DNA of 64,000 bases from the IMG/VR virus record IMGVR_UViG_3300046697_000072; one strand, 5' to 3'. The notes under the pieces were generated by a model. It was given only the letters and a program-made list of their open reading frames with translations. It had not been told where the DNA came from and did not search any database. Position numbers and translations under genes: made by a program. How positions within the stretch are numbered: the stretch's first letter is position 1; every line of letters begins with the position of its first letter. Source of the stretch: a virus. Of the stretch, positions 35,144 to 44,039 are shown piece after piece.

Positions 35144-35526
35144 AACGATCCGCTTTTCTAGCCTCGTTACTAGGGGTGTTGGGGATCGGACAGGCGCAGC
35201 AGTGGAGAGAGGATGAACCGGAACGGAGGCTCGACCCCTTAAACTGCATGGGCTGGGACAAGGAAGGGAATATCACGCGAGTTGCCTGCGGACATTCTGG
35301 CAAGCACAAGCCGGCGCTCAACAACCAGTGCCCAGTGTGCGGCACAATGGCAAAGCCGTACAGCGGCAAGCGGGCGTATAGTGAACCGTGGTGCGAAGGC
35401 GGACCGCAGCAATTCCCGCCAACTAAGGAAATGTTGGCACAGTGCGAAGACCTGCCGCGACAGAGGATCACTCGCTGCCTACGTTGCTCCGCAGCCTTTT
35501 GGCAAAATTCGGAGGATAAGAAATGA
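35140..35526 (+). CDS. secreted Cys-rich protein
   Basis: ATGA-coupled; MKRSAFLASLLGVLGIGQA/QQ signal; 9 Cys including CPVC and CLRC. Confidence 0.55.
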   Translation: MKRSAFLASLLGVLGIGQAQQWREDEPERRLDPLNCMGWDKEGNITRVACGHSGKHKPALNNQCPVCGTMAKPYSGKRAYSEPWCEGGPQQFPPTKEMLAQCEDLPRQRITRCLRCSAAFWQNSEDKK

Positions 35527-35840
35527 CGACGCTAACGGATTTCCAGACTCACTGCTCGAAGACGGGGACAGCCCCGGATTTCGATGGCTTGGCCGACATG
35601 TTCGGTGGGGCCGATAAGGTCTTCACGAGCTACCTCGAAGGCTCGATGGATCAGGATCTCAAGGACTGGGTGCTGATGCACGGCTCCCGCGCCCTGACCG
35701 CCTTCACCATGGCTCAACTGGCGCAGTTTGAGGCCAGTTCGTTCTTCTCGATCATGGGGATGCTCAACCAAATCAACTTGAACCTGAAGGAGATCAACGC
35801 CGGGATGAAGGCCATGATCCAGACACCCAAAGTGCAATGA
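35523..35840 (+). CDS. hypothetical protein
   Basis: 105 aa, coupled. Confidence 0.55.
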   Translation: MTTLTDFQTHCSKTGTAPDFDGLADMFGGADKVFTSYLEGSMDQDLKDWVLMHGSRALTAFTMAQLAQFEASSFFSIMGMLNQINLNLKEINAGMKAMIQTPKVQ

Positions 35841-36268
35841 CCCGTTCAAGAGCAGAACGCATCATCGGGTGTGAGGTCTTCCTCGTGGGGCCGAACGGAC
35901 TTCACGGGCGCACGTGGCGGGCGATGGACGGTGAGACCGAGATCGCCCGCGTCACCGAGCCAGATGACGACCGGGCTTGGGATAAGCTGGTGCATGTTCT
36001 CTACCAGCGCCGGAGCCTTCAGGCGTTCGAGGAACAGGACTGGCAGTGCCTCCAGTGCCAAAGTTACCAGCCACTGCAATCGCACCATCTGATTCCGAGG
36101 GCGAGGGGACGGTCGGATGTCAGGCCCAACTTGGCCGGTCTGTGCCCTGCGTGCCACGACAATATCACCCAGAACCGGGTGAAACTCACGCCCCATCCCC
36201 GCGTTCTGGAAGCGGTATTCCAGGCATCCGGCCTCCGGTGGAGCGATACTGGGTGGGTGAGGGAGTGA
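35837..36268 (+). CDS. HNH endonuclease
   Basis: CLQCQS...LQSHHLIPRARG...NLAGLCPACHDNI. Confidence 0.8.
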   Translation: MTRSRAERIIGCEVFLVGPNGLHGRTWRAMDGETEIARVTEPDDDRAWDKLVHVLYQRRSLQAFEEQDWQCLQCQSYQPLQSHHLIPRARGRSDVRPNLAGLCPACHDNITQNRVKLTPHPRVLEAVFQASGLRWSDTGWVRE

Positions 36269-36269
36269 C

Positions 36270-36803
36270 ATGGCAACCTCGAACACTGTCGGGTTGGAGG
36301 AAGACTGGTACGACGACCCCCTGATGGATGAAGATCCGGGACCGGACAAACCCGGCCCGCTTCTTCCGCCACCGCCGAACCCCGCAGCAATAGGCGTTCC
36401 CCCTCCTCCGCAGATCGGAGATTACAAACTGACTCAAGATGGGACCGAGATGGTCTACACCCTTACTGGGTGGAAACAGGTTCCTGCTACTGACCTGACC
36501 GAATGGCAGGATACCGAATGGACGGATTTCGGTTCACCTAAGAAAATCCTGAAAGGGGTTCATCTTAACGTTGATGCCCCTCCCGGCATGAAGTTCAAGG
36601 TGTCAGTTGATGGCGAGGAGGTCCCATTCAAGTTTTATCCGGGCTCGGTGACCAAATCTACCGAGGTTTTTCTGGGGACAGCGCTCCCCTATCCGTGGGA
36701 AGCCCCCCCCTATTCCTCGAAACCAGCCCCACCGACGCCCAAGAAACCGGCCCCGGAGCCCATGGACCTGACCAGCAAACGGAGGATCGCGCTAAATGAG
36801 TGA
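36270..36803 (+). CDS. hypothetical Pro-rich protein
   Basis: 177 aa. Confidence 0.55.
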   Translation: MATSNTVGLEEDWYDDPLMDEDPGPDKPGPLLPPPPNPAAIGVPPPPQIGDYKLTQDGTEMVYTLTGWKQVPATDLTEWQDTEWTDFGSPKKILKGVHLNVDAPPGMKFKVSVDGEEVPFKFYPGSVTKSTEVFLGTALPYPWEAPPYSSKPAPPTPKKPAPEPMDLTSKRRIALNE

Positions 36804-37026
36804 CACCCGCGAGATCGAAGAACACATGGAAGAGTTCAAGTTCCTGTGTGAAAAGTACATCGTCGGCCAAGAGGTCAAGGGCGTTATGGTCTATGCGGAC
36901 ATCGTGGAGTTAAGTATGGAAGGCGGGGGACGGGTGGTGTTCCAGTCCGGGTCCGGGCCGATCCAAATCAGCTTCGGCGGGGAGGAACCGGGAGAGATGG
37001 CGCTGGCTACGGGGAAGGTGCAGTGA
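36796..37026 (+). CDS. hypothetical small protein
   Basis: 76 aa, overlapping starts. Confidence 0.55.
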   Translation: MSDTREIEEHMEEFKFLCEKYIVGQEVKGVMVYADIVELSMEGGGRVVFQSGSGPIQISFGGEEPGEMALATGKVQ

Positions 37027-37463
37027 TGGGTATTCTCGAAGACCTCAAAGAGATCGACCGCCTCATATCCGAAGTCGATCCGATAGAAATCGTCCTGCTC
37101 GGAAAAGTCCCAAGTAAAAAAAATCGATATAGGCCACGTAAGGGAGGCAAGGGGTTTTTCAAGGATTCCACTCTTCAGGACGAGCTTGACCGGCTTGCTC
37201 TACAAATCCCCGCTGAGGCCCGCGATCTTCGGCTGCGCCACCCGGCCATCGATTTCTACTTCACGTACACGAAAGCGAATTATGATCGCGACAATGCCTG
37301 CCAGTGTCTTTTGGACCTGCTCGTTTCGCCGTACCGAGTTCTGGAGGACGACAACATCGCTCAGTGCAACGGCACGATCACCATCCACCCGGCAGTACGC
37401 GGAGAGCAGGACAGCGTGCGGATCGTTCTGACACCGAGTGCAACGTTGGACAAGAGCCGATGA
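37023..37463 (+). CDS. rusA: RusA-family Holliday-junction resolvase
   Basis: VPSKKNRYRPRKGG...YDRDNACQCLLDLLV...VLEDDNIA matches the RusA catalytic Asp pattern. Confidence 0.75.
   Translation: MMGILEDLKEIDRLISEVDPIEIVLLGKVPSKKNRYRPRKGGKGFFKDSTLQDELDRLALQIPAEARDLRLRHPAIDFYFTYTKANYDRDNACQCLLDLLVSPYRVLEDDNIAQCNGTITIHPAVRGEQDSVRIVLTPSATLDKSR
37438..37451. repeat. iterated palindrome copy GTGCAACGTTGGAC
   Basis: 3' end of rusA (A-T-L-D); 9 nt upstream of ATG 37460. Confidence 0.9.
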
Positions 37464-37810
37464 GCCGCCTTAAGGAGAAGGTGCGCGAGCAGTTGGCTGG
37501 CCAGGAAATTCGCAACGCTATGCGTCAGGCCGGCCGTAGAACCGCAAGCCAACTCAAGTTGATTTACAATGCCCGCCGCCAGCACAAGCTGGACACCCTG
37601 GAGCAAGCCAGTGATTGGCTGCTGCTGGCTGGGATACACCAAAGCGATGAAACGTATTACGGAGTAACGATGTTGTACGCGGGCGGCGCAACGCTAGTCT
37701 ATTCCCCGGACGGGAAGCTCTCAAGCCGGTATGCTCCCCGGATTTCCGGGGATGAACCCGAGCAGTGGGTTCTGTTCAGCGACGAGTGCCCCGAGATTTC
37801 TTCCTCTTAG
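37460..37810 (+). CDS. hypothetical protein
   Basis: ATGA-coupled start (internal Met of ORF 37304-37810); last + gene of block 3. Confidence 0.55.
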   Translation: MSRLKEKVREQLAGQEIRNAMRQAGRRTASQLKLIYNARRQHKLDTLEQASDWLLLAGIHQSDETYYGVTMLYAGGATLVYSPDGKLSSRYAPRISGDEPEQWVLFSDECPEISSS

Positions 37811-37937
37811 AACGCTTCGGGATGTTGTGCCCCTCTTTCCTCAAGTAGCTCAACTGTATGGCGCGGGCCTGTTTCTTCGAGCGGACGATCTTTCCGCCCT
37901 TACCTGAATGCAGCTTGCGCTTTCTGAATCGACTCAT
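37776..37937 (-). CDS. small very basic protein (53 aa)
   Basis: Not in the ORF track. MSRFRKRKLHSGKGGKIVRSKKQARAIQLSYLRKEGHNIPKRSKRKKSRGTRR; 22 of 53 residues are K/R; resembles the widespread LHSG...V.S.KQAIAI.LS.ARK small-protein pattern (unverified). Confidence 0.5.
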   Translation of the reverse strand: MSRFRKRKLHSGKGGKIVRSKKQARAIQLSYLRKEGHNIPKRSKRKKSRGTRR

Positions 37938-37959
37938 GACTTCCGAGGCTGGCATATTA

Positions 37960-40746
37960 CTACTCCCTTCTCAGTGGAGGCTTCACCGGCTTCCGGCCTT
38001 TTGGCGTTGGTTCTTCTGGCGGCTTCGGAGGGGGAGTGCCGCCCCGCTCAGCTATGATCGCTTCAATTTTCTCGTTGAGTTGCGCCATCTCTTCCGGGCT
38101 GAGTTGGTGCGAGCGGAAGATATCTTCGGCGGCTTCCGGCATGGGCACAAATTTGGATTGAGGAGTCTCTTCGCCCGCAGCTTCGGCTCTATTCGCTTCG
38201 CCTCGGGTTACTCCCCGTTCCAGCTTACTGTTCTTCCGCATGTAATCCACGGCGGCTCCCTGAGCCCGCTGATTCACAAAAGCTTGTTGGTCGACTTGAC
38301 TTTTACTGGGGTCGAACCGTTCAAGGGCTTTGAAAGCTTCCACGGCAACTTCCTGCCGGGCATCTTCGCGTAGGCTCGGGGGAACCTTGCGGACGGCCTT
38401 ATCCAGAACGCCGTCGAACCAGTCGGGAATCTCGGGAGTAGTTCCGGGCAGTCCCTCCGCTGAAGGTTCAGCCGCCTGCCCCGGTGCTTTTGGGGGGTCT
38501 TCCCCTCCGAGATTCTCCGTCCACCGCTTCACTCCCTTTGGGTTCCCGACCGGCTCAATGTCCAAAGTCGTAGCGCCGGGAGTACTGACGATCAACTGCG
38601 CCAATCCCTCCGGGGTAGACTGCCCCAAAGTAATCGTGCTTTCGCTGAGAACTTTCCCCTTGATTCCGGGCGCGTCTTTGATCTGAACTCGGAATCCCTT
38701 CATCCCGCCGTCCTGGGCTTTCTTGAATACCGCATCCGCCTGGGCAGTAATCTGCGGGGTAACTTCCGGTGCAACGTTGGACTTACCGGCCTTTGATTTA
38801 GGCGTGGGGGGCGGCTCACCTTTCTCCGCCCCTTGTTTGGCGGGCGCTGGTTCCGTGGATTCGGAGGATTTAGAAGCGCGGAGCTTGGCTGGGTATGATG
38901 CCTCGTATATCTTCTCTAAGTCGTAAGAATTGAACTGCTTACCGCCTGTCCTGCTTTCCCATACGTGCGGGGATACCTGGGTGTAATTCTTCTTTTTCCA
39001 TGCCTCCAGGCCCGGCCTTCGCCCGGATGTCGCAGCCTGTGCCGTAGTATCCGGTGGGGTTACAGCCGGGCCAGCGGTCGTATCAGGCGGTGTCACTGGG
39101 GGTGGCGGAGGGGTTTCAGCCGGTTTCAGCGGAGGCTGAATTGGCGCTGGCTTGGGTGCGGGCGGGGCGGGCACCGGGGTAGGGGCCTCTGCCGGGGCCG
39201 GAGCGGGGGCAGGGGCCGCAACCGGGGGAGTTGGGGGCACGGGAGCTTCCGGAGCGTCCTGGGGTGCCGGAGCCGGAGCAACCGGAGCCGGGGTGGCTGG
39301 CGGCGCTGGCGCTAAAGGGTCCGGGGCTGGAGCAGCGGCTGGCGCTGGGGCCGGTGGCGGCGTTTCCACGGGGGTAGGGGCGGGTTTTGGCTCCGGTGCA
39401 GCCTGAGGCCCCGGAGGAGGGGTTCCTGCCGTCTTAGGCCGGGGGGCGATCCATCCATCCGTCTGCAACTTCTTAATTGTCGCAAACGGCAAGCTGACCG
39501 GAGAGGTCTTCCCGGTTGGATCTGTGACGACCCCAGACACCCCATCCTGGGATATCTTACTGAAAACAACCGTACTGCCCGATGGAGCCCCAGGGAATCC
39601 TTTCTTGGTGACGTACTCCTGAGACGGGGCGGCGGCTGGCGTTGTCGGGGGAGAGGCTGGTTTCGGGGTCTCAGTGGCGGCTGCTGGTGTCGGAGGGGGT
39701 TCTGGAGCCGCTTGCGCTTCAGCCGGTGGATTCGGGGGTGCTTCCCCCTCAAACGTGCTGGGCGGAACTTTCGGAGGTTTGGGAATCGGGGCGATCTTAT
39801 CCTGGAGCTTGGCACCAGCCCTGCGAACGGGGGCTGTGACTTTCCGAGCACCTTCCTTGGCCAGATTCTTGGCCTCAACCAGCATGTCCTTCGCGGCAGC
39901 GGGATCAGCCCCGACCAGAGCCGCCATGGTAGCTCCAGAAGTGACCATCTTCTGGATGATCTTCTGGGGATCTTCCCCAGATTCCAGACCTTGAATTAGA
40001 TCGATGGCCATGTTCGGACCACCAGCCCAAATCAGTTTCTGAAGTCCGGGGACTTTCTGAACGATCCCCAGGTACTTTCCCATCAGGGCCGCACCGACAC
40101 CGGACTGTACGGCGGGCCAGAACCCCTTGTCGGATTCTTCCAGAGCTCCAATTCCTCCCATGACCAAAGGGGCCGCTGGTCCCGCCGCCATCGCCGGAGC
40201 GTAGGTTGCTACCTGGGGGACTGCTGCGCCGAGTCCCTTGTAAATCGGAGACGCAAGGCTCTCTGTCTTCGGGGCCACTTCCTCTGACTGTTTCTCGTAG
40301 GCTCCGGACTGCTCCCGGAGATACTTATCTAGTTTTTTTGCCCCAACCAACTTGGCGGCGTTTGCCCCAGTTCTCAGAAACCCAGATGTCCCTTTCAGGT
40401 ATCCGCTGTAAACCTCTTTCGCTGGGTTGACGAATGCTTCTTCCATGAAGCCGGGACCGGGGGGGCCGGCTGGTTTCTCCGGCTGCGATACACCCCCCAG
40501 GTTCTTCAGAGTATCTTGGATCTTGTTCTCAGGGAGATCGGCAAACTTAAACCCTGTGCGCTGTCCCGGATCAAGAGAACTGTACCAGAGTGAAGCGAAC
40601 TCAGGCCGGGTGAGCTTGCGACCGAGTTTGCTGTACTTCTGTCCGACTTCATTGGCGAACTTCACCGCATCGGGATTGTTCGATTGGAGAGCCTGTTTGA
40701 AAGAATCGTAGTATTGATCGACGGTAACGCCTTGCTCTTGGCTCAT
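37960..40746 (-). CDS. 928-aa Pro/Ala-rich protein (putative internal or ejected virion protein) with sigma region-2-like C-terminal segment
   Basis: N-terminal Gly/Ala-rich hydrophobic stretches, ~250-aa P/A/T low-complexity core, C-terminal REDARQEVAVEAFKALERFDP...AAVDYMRK. Confidence 0.5.
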   Translation of the reverse strand: MSQEQGVTVDQYYDSFKQALQSNNPDAVKFANEVGQKYSKLGRKLTRPEFASLWYSSLDPGQRTGFKFADLPENKIQDTLKNLGGVSQPEKPAGPPGPGFMEEAFVNPAKEVYSGYLKGTSGFLRTGANAAKLVGAKKLDKYLREQSGAYEKQSEEVAPKTESLASPIYKGLGAAVPQVATYAPAMAAGPAAPLVMGGIGALEESDKGFWPAVQSGVGAALMGKYLGIVQKVPGLQKLIWAGGPNMAIDLIQGLESGEDPQKIIQKMVTSGATMAALVGADPAAAKDMLVEAKNLAKEGARKVTAPVRRAGAKLQDKIAPIPKPPKVPPSTFEGEAPPNPPAEAQAAPEPPPTPAAATETPKPASPPTTPAAAPSQEYVTKKGFPGAPSGSTVVFSKISQDGVSGVVTDPTGKTSPVSLPFATIKKLQTDGWIAPRPKTAGTPPPGPQAAPEPKPAPTPVETPPPAPAPAAAPAPDPLAPAPPATPAPVAPAPAPQDAPEAPVPPTPPVAAPAPAPAPAEAPTPVPAPPAPKPAPIQPPLKPAETPPPPPVTPPDTTAGPAVTPPDTTAQAATSGRRPGLEAWKKKNYTQVSPHVWESRTGGKQFNSYDLEKIYEASYPAKLRASKSSESTEPAPAKQGAEKGEPPPTPKSKAGKSNVAPEVTPQITAQADAVFKKAQDGGMKGFRVQIKDAPGIKGKVLSESTITLGQSTPEGLAQLIVSTPGATTLDIEPVGNPKGVKRWTENLGGEDPPKAPGQAAEPSAEGLPGTTPEIPDWFDGVLDKAVRKVPPSLREDARQEVAVEAFKALERFDPSKSQVDQQAFVNQRAQGAAVDYMRKNSKLERGVTRGEANRAEAAGEETPQSKFVPMPEAAEDIFRSHQLSPEEMAQLNEKIEAIIAERGGTPPPKPPEEPTPKGRKPVKPPLRRE
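38769..38782. repeat. iterated palindrome copy GTGCAACGTTGGAC
   Basis: Internal to the 928-aa gene (S-N-V-A on the minus strand). Confidence 0.9.
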
Positions 40747-43700
40747 TGTGACGCTCTCCTCTGCCTCTTGCGCTCATCGGACTTATAGGTCTGCACGACC
40801 TGCCTCCAGTTGATATTGTTTGCCGCCGCCACAGCCAGGACATCCCGAGCCCGGTCCCCATCCCCGTCATCGAGCGCATCCCGGTACGCCTTCTCGGCCC
40901 GCATGAAGCTGGCACCCTTGCTGGTGGGTAGGCTGGCAAACTGGGATGCGGACTGTGGGGCAGCAACGGCTCTCGGGAATAAGGCGTGTGCGGTTCCTTT
41001 CACAATATCTCGGGCGACGAATGGAAGGCCAACGGATTCCGTGAGCGCTGAAGCTCTCTGCTGGATCTGCTCTGAAGTGGAAGCCCTCGGATCAATCTCT
41101 TCAAAACCGGTCCCGGCAGTATGGCCGGTGGCTTGTACTAGCGCCCCCCGCACCGGTAGAGAGAGCTTCCCCCAGAACATCTGCATCGGGTCGGTAGCCC
41201 ATCGAAATGGTTCACGAAAACCCTTACCGAACAAGATATACCGGTCACTGCCATCCGTGTTTTTACCTGCGTAGATGTTGAACGAGTTTTCATTTAGCCC
41301 GGTCACTGGTTGTCCTGCAACCGTGAATGGCAAACCAGGGTTGTCGTAAGTCAAGCGCGGCTGGGGTTTCCCTTTGTCGTCCCGGTTGTACCATCCTGAA
41401 AGAGCCATGTTCATAGCCTGAGTAGTCAGAAACCAAGACGCTGCTGCACCCGCTACATAGCGGTTCGTGAGCCGCACGCCGGCTTCGGTCTCGTATCCAG
41501 AAGTCAGAATCCGGATGTTTGAAAACGTCCAGGCCGGGGCTAGGAACATCCAGTTCAATGACTGCCGGACCTTGGGGCTTAGAAGCATTTTTTCGAAGCT
41601 GACCGATCCGAAAGCATTGTTGATGTGCTCAGCGATGGCCCTCTTGGTCTCAGCTACTTTGGCCGGGCTGGCGTTCTCTCCAAGTTTGGCCAGTTCCTGA
41701 GACTTCAGCATCTCATAGCTGTCCAACATCATCCCCTGGTGGTAGAAATCCCAGAGCGCCCGGTCCCAGCCTTTCAAGACTGCCATCACCGGCTTTGCTG
41801 CGACTCCAATCGCCTTGGCGATGGCGTTATGGCTCATCGCCATGTCCTGCATCTTGGAATAGATAAAGTGCTCCGTTTCTTCGGACTTCAGATTGACCCC
41901 GTGCTCGACGGCATCTCCGACGATCTTCTCGTCCATCCGCATGACTGGGGGAGCGCCGCCATCTCTTCCGATTGCTTCCCAGACTCCTGACTTCACGCCA
42001 CGGTAGAACTCCGGGTTGAACATAAAAGCTTTGGAAAGAGTTGTGATTGGGTTCTTGCGCGTGGCGTAAATGGCTTGCGCTTGTTCGCTGAGCGCCCAGT
42101 GGTGAAACATGGAAAACGTCAGGGCCGTCTTCTTGCCAAGAGCCCGAATGGTCTCAGAGGTGTTGAACGCCGGGTTGTCGAATCCCTTGCCGTAGACCGC
42201 ATTCACGGCATCGTAGAAGTCCGGGTGAACGTAAACCGGTTTTCGCATGGCCCCCGGTTCCATAGGCTTATCAGTATAGGACGCTCGATAGAGAGCTACG
42301 GCATCGGTGGCGGGTTGCCAGTCAGAGAATGCCCGTTTGGTCTCGGAGCCGAACGGCACGCCGGTTGGTGTCTGCCCTTGTTCCCCGGCTTTCAGGAGCT
42401 TCCGGGCCGGTCGCATTTTCATGTACTCCGGTTCGCTGACAATCGCACCGAGGTCCCGCAACCATCCAGCCATGCGCCGGTTAGCGATTGCTTTGCTTGC
42501 GAAGTCCGCACGGAGTTTCAGGAGATCGAAAACATCGTCGTATTTTTGCTCTAGCCCTAACGTCTCAATGCCGAACTTGTAGCTGTCGATGGTCTTCTTC
42601 TTCAGGAAAGGGTCGTTCATCAGGGTCCGCGCCGCTCGGCTCCTGGTTGCCTTATCCATCCCCTCCGTTTTCCAGGCTTGCGTCAAGTACGTCTCAGCCT
42701 CCTGTAACGGGAGGTCGTTTCCGTATGCTTCATGGAGCAGCGCATCCTGCTGCTTCACCCATTCGCGGATGATTGGCAGGGTCGCCTTTGCTTCTGGCGA
42801 GAGACCGACTTCTTCCGGGGTGGCGTCACCCTGGAGCACGTACCCCATCTTGGTGATCTTTCGATCCTCAACCGGGACGGTCTTCTTCCAGTCATACAGC
42901 ATGTGATTGATTTCGTAATTGCGTTTTGCCAAAAACGCTGCCCGGTCGAAGACGACATCGGCGGATACTTGCATCAGACGGGGCTTCGGGATGTTAATGA
43001 TCTTCGCCGGTTCCCGCAACCACGCATTGGCGTAGATCTTCTCCGAAAACTTTTGGGACCGCGTAGGGTCTTGAACGGCCTTGGCCTCTTCGAGAGCTTT
43101 GGTCTTAGCTGGCTGGAGTACGTCCCCCATGGATTTCAGGAACCGCATGGGCTCGCTGGCCGATCTCAGCATCTGCTTCTCAGGAGAAGTTAAGACGCGC
43201 TTCTCTTCCCGCGCCCGCTTGAGGGTCTTTTCCCGCAAGGTCTTGTACTTGTTCTCGGCATTGCGCCGCGCATCTTCTACTTCGCTGAGCGGTTTCTTGG
43301 CCCATGACGCGATCTCGGAAGCTGGGACTTTCTTGTACTTCTCGGCAATGGTCATCAGGGAATTGATGCTCGGAGGCGTAGTCTGGATATCCGACCGCAA
43401 TGCTTCCCGTTGTTCCAAGGGTTCGGCCCGGAACTTCATAGTTCTAGACAGTAACGTCTTTGAGCCGCCCTTCACCATGCCAACAGAGAATGCGATCCCC
43501 TTGATCGCAGAAGCCCATGACTCAGGTGTCCCATCGGACATCGCCTTCCTGATCTCCGGGATCGACTGCATCATTCCTATGCCGCCAAGACCGACATCCA
43601 CGATGGCCGCGAATGGGAGTGTGGCCGGGAACATGTGCGCGGCGGTCAGTGCCGCGCCTAACGGCGACTGGATGAAGTCTAGGATCTCCGGGCCACCCTT

Positions 43701-44033
43701 GGCGATCTCAGTGGTGAACCTCCCCATCCAGCTACTGCCACGTTCTTTCTGCATGGAGTCCGGCAGCAGGCGCTTGACGGCAGACTCATACGCCGAGGTC
43801 GCGGTCCCCCCCATGAGAGTTTCGCTGAGTGGTCGAGACAGGACCGATCCTTTGAGTTCTTTCTCGGGTCCTGAAGTGCCAGGGGCGGTCGGAGCCGGAG
43901 CGAACCACTGGAACCCTGCGCTAGATGCCTGTTTAGGGGGCTGGGGCGGAGGTTGTGGCGGCTCTACCTTGGGAGTGGCTGCACCTGGAGCGAACCACTG
44001 AAACCCTTGCGCTGGTGCTTTCTCCTGGGCCAT
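40743..44033 (-). CDS. 1096-aa virion-associated protein, function unknown
   Basis: ATGA-coupled to the next gene; hydrophobic Gly-rich N-region; no catalytic motif recognised. Confidence 0.5.
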   Translation of the reverse strand: MAQEKAPAQGFQWFAPGAATPKVEPPQPPPQPPKQASSAGFQWFAPAPTAPGTSGPEKELKGSVLSRPLSETLMGGTATSAYESAVKRLLPDSMQKERGSSWMGRFTTEIAKGGPEILDFIQSPLGAALTAAHMFPATLPFAAIVDVGLGGIGMMQSIPEIRKAMSDGTPESWASAIKGIAFSVGMVKGGSKTLLSRTMKFRAEPLEQREALRSDIQTTPPSINSLMTIAEKYKKVPASEIASWAKKPLSEVEDARRNAENKYKTLREKTLKRAREEKRVLTSPEKQMLRSASEPMRFLKSMGDVLQPAKTKALEEAKAVQDPTRSQKFSEKIYANAWLREPAKIINIPKPRLMQVSADVVFDRAAFLAKRNYEINHMLYDWKKTVPVEDRKITKMGYVLQGDATPEEVGLSPEAKATLPIIREWVKQQDALLHEAYGNDLPLQEAETYLTQAWKTEGMDKATRSRAARTLMNDPFLKKKTIDSYKFGIETLGLEQKYDDVFDLLKLRADFASKAIANRRMAGWLRDLGAIVSEPEYMKMRPARKLLKAGEQGQTPTGVPFGSETKRAFSDWQPATDAVALYRASYTDKPMEPGAMRKPVYVHPDFYDAVNAVYGKGFDNPAFNTSETIRALGKKTALTFSMFHHWALSEQAQAIYATRKNPITTLSKAFMFNPEFYRGVKSGVWEAIGRDGGAPPVMRMDEKIVGDAVEHGVNLKSEETEHFIYSKMQDMAMSHNAIAKAIGVAAKPVMAVLKGWDRALWDFYHQGMMLDSYEMLKSQELAKLGENASPAKVAETKRAIAEHINNAFGSVSFEKMLLSPKVRQSLNWMFLAPAWTFSNIRILTSGYETEAGVRLTNRYVAGAAASWFLTTQAMNMALSGWYNRDDKGKPQPRLTYDNPGLPFTVAGQPVTGLNENSFNIYAGKNTDGSDRYILFGKGFREPFRWATDPMQMFWGKLSLPVRGALVQATGHTAGTGFEEIDPRASTSEQIQQRASALTESVGLPFVARDIVKGTAHALFPRAVAAPQSASQFASLPTSKGASFMRAEKAYRDALDDGDGDRARDVLAVAAANNINWRQVVQTYKSDERKRQRRASQ

Positions 44034-44039
44034 GGATCA

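Noticed and set aside
39152-39406. Gly/Ala-rich plus-strand ORFs (38965-39315, 39152-39406, 39674-39994) and a minus-strand out-of-frame ORF (39312-39878).
   Set aside because: They are shadow frames of the Pro/Ala-rich low-complexity core of the 928-aa gene.
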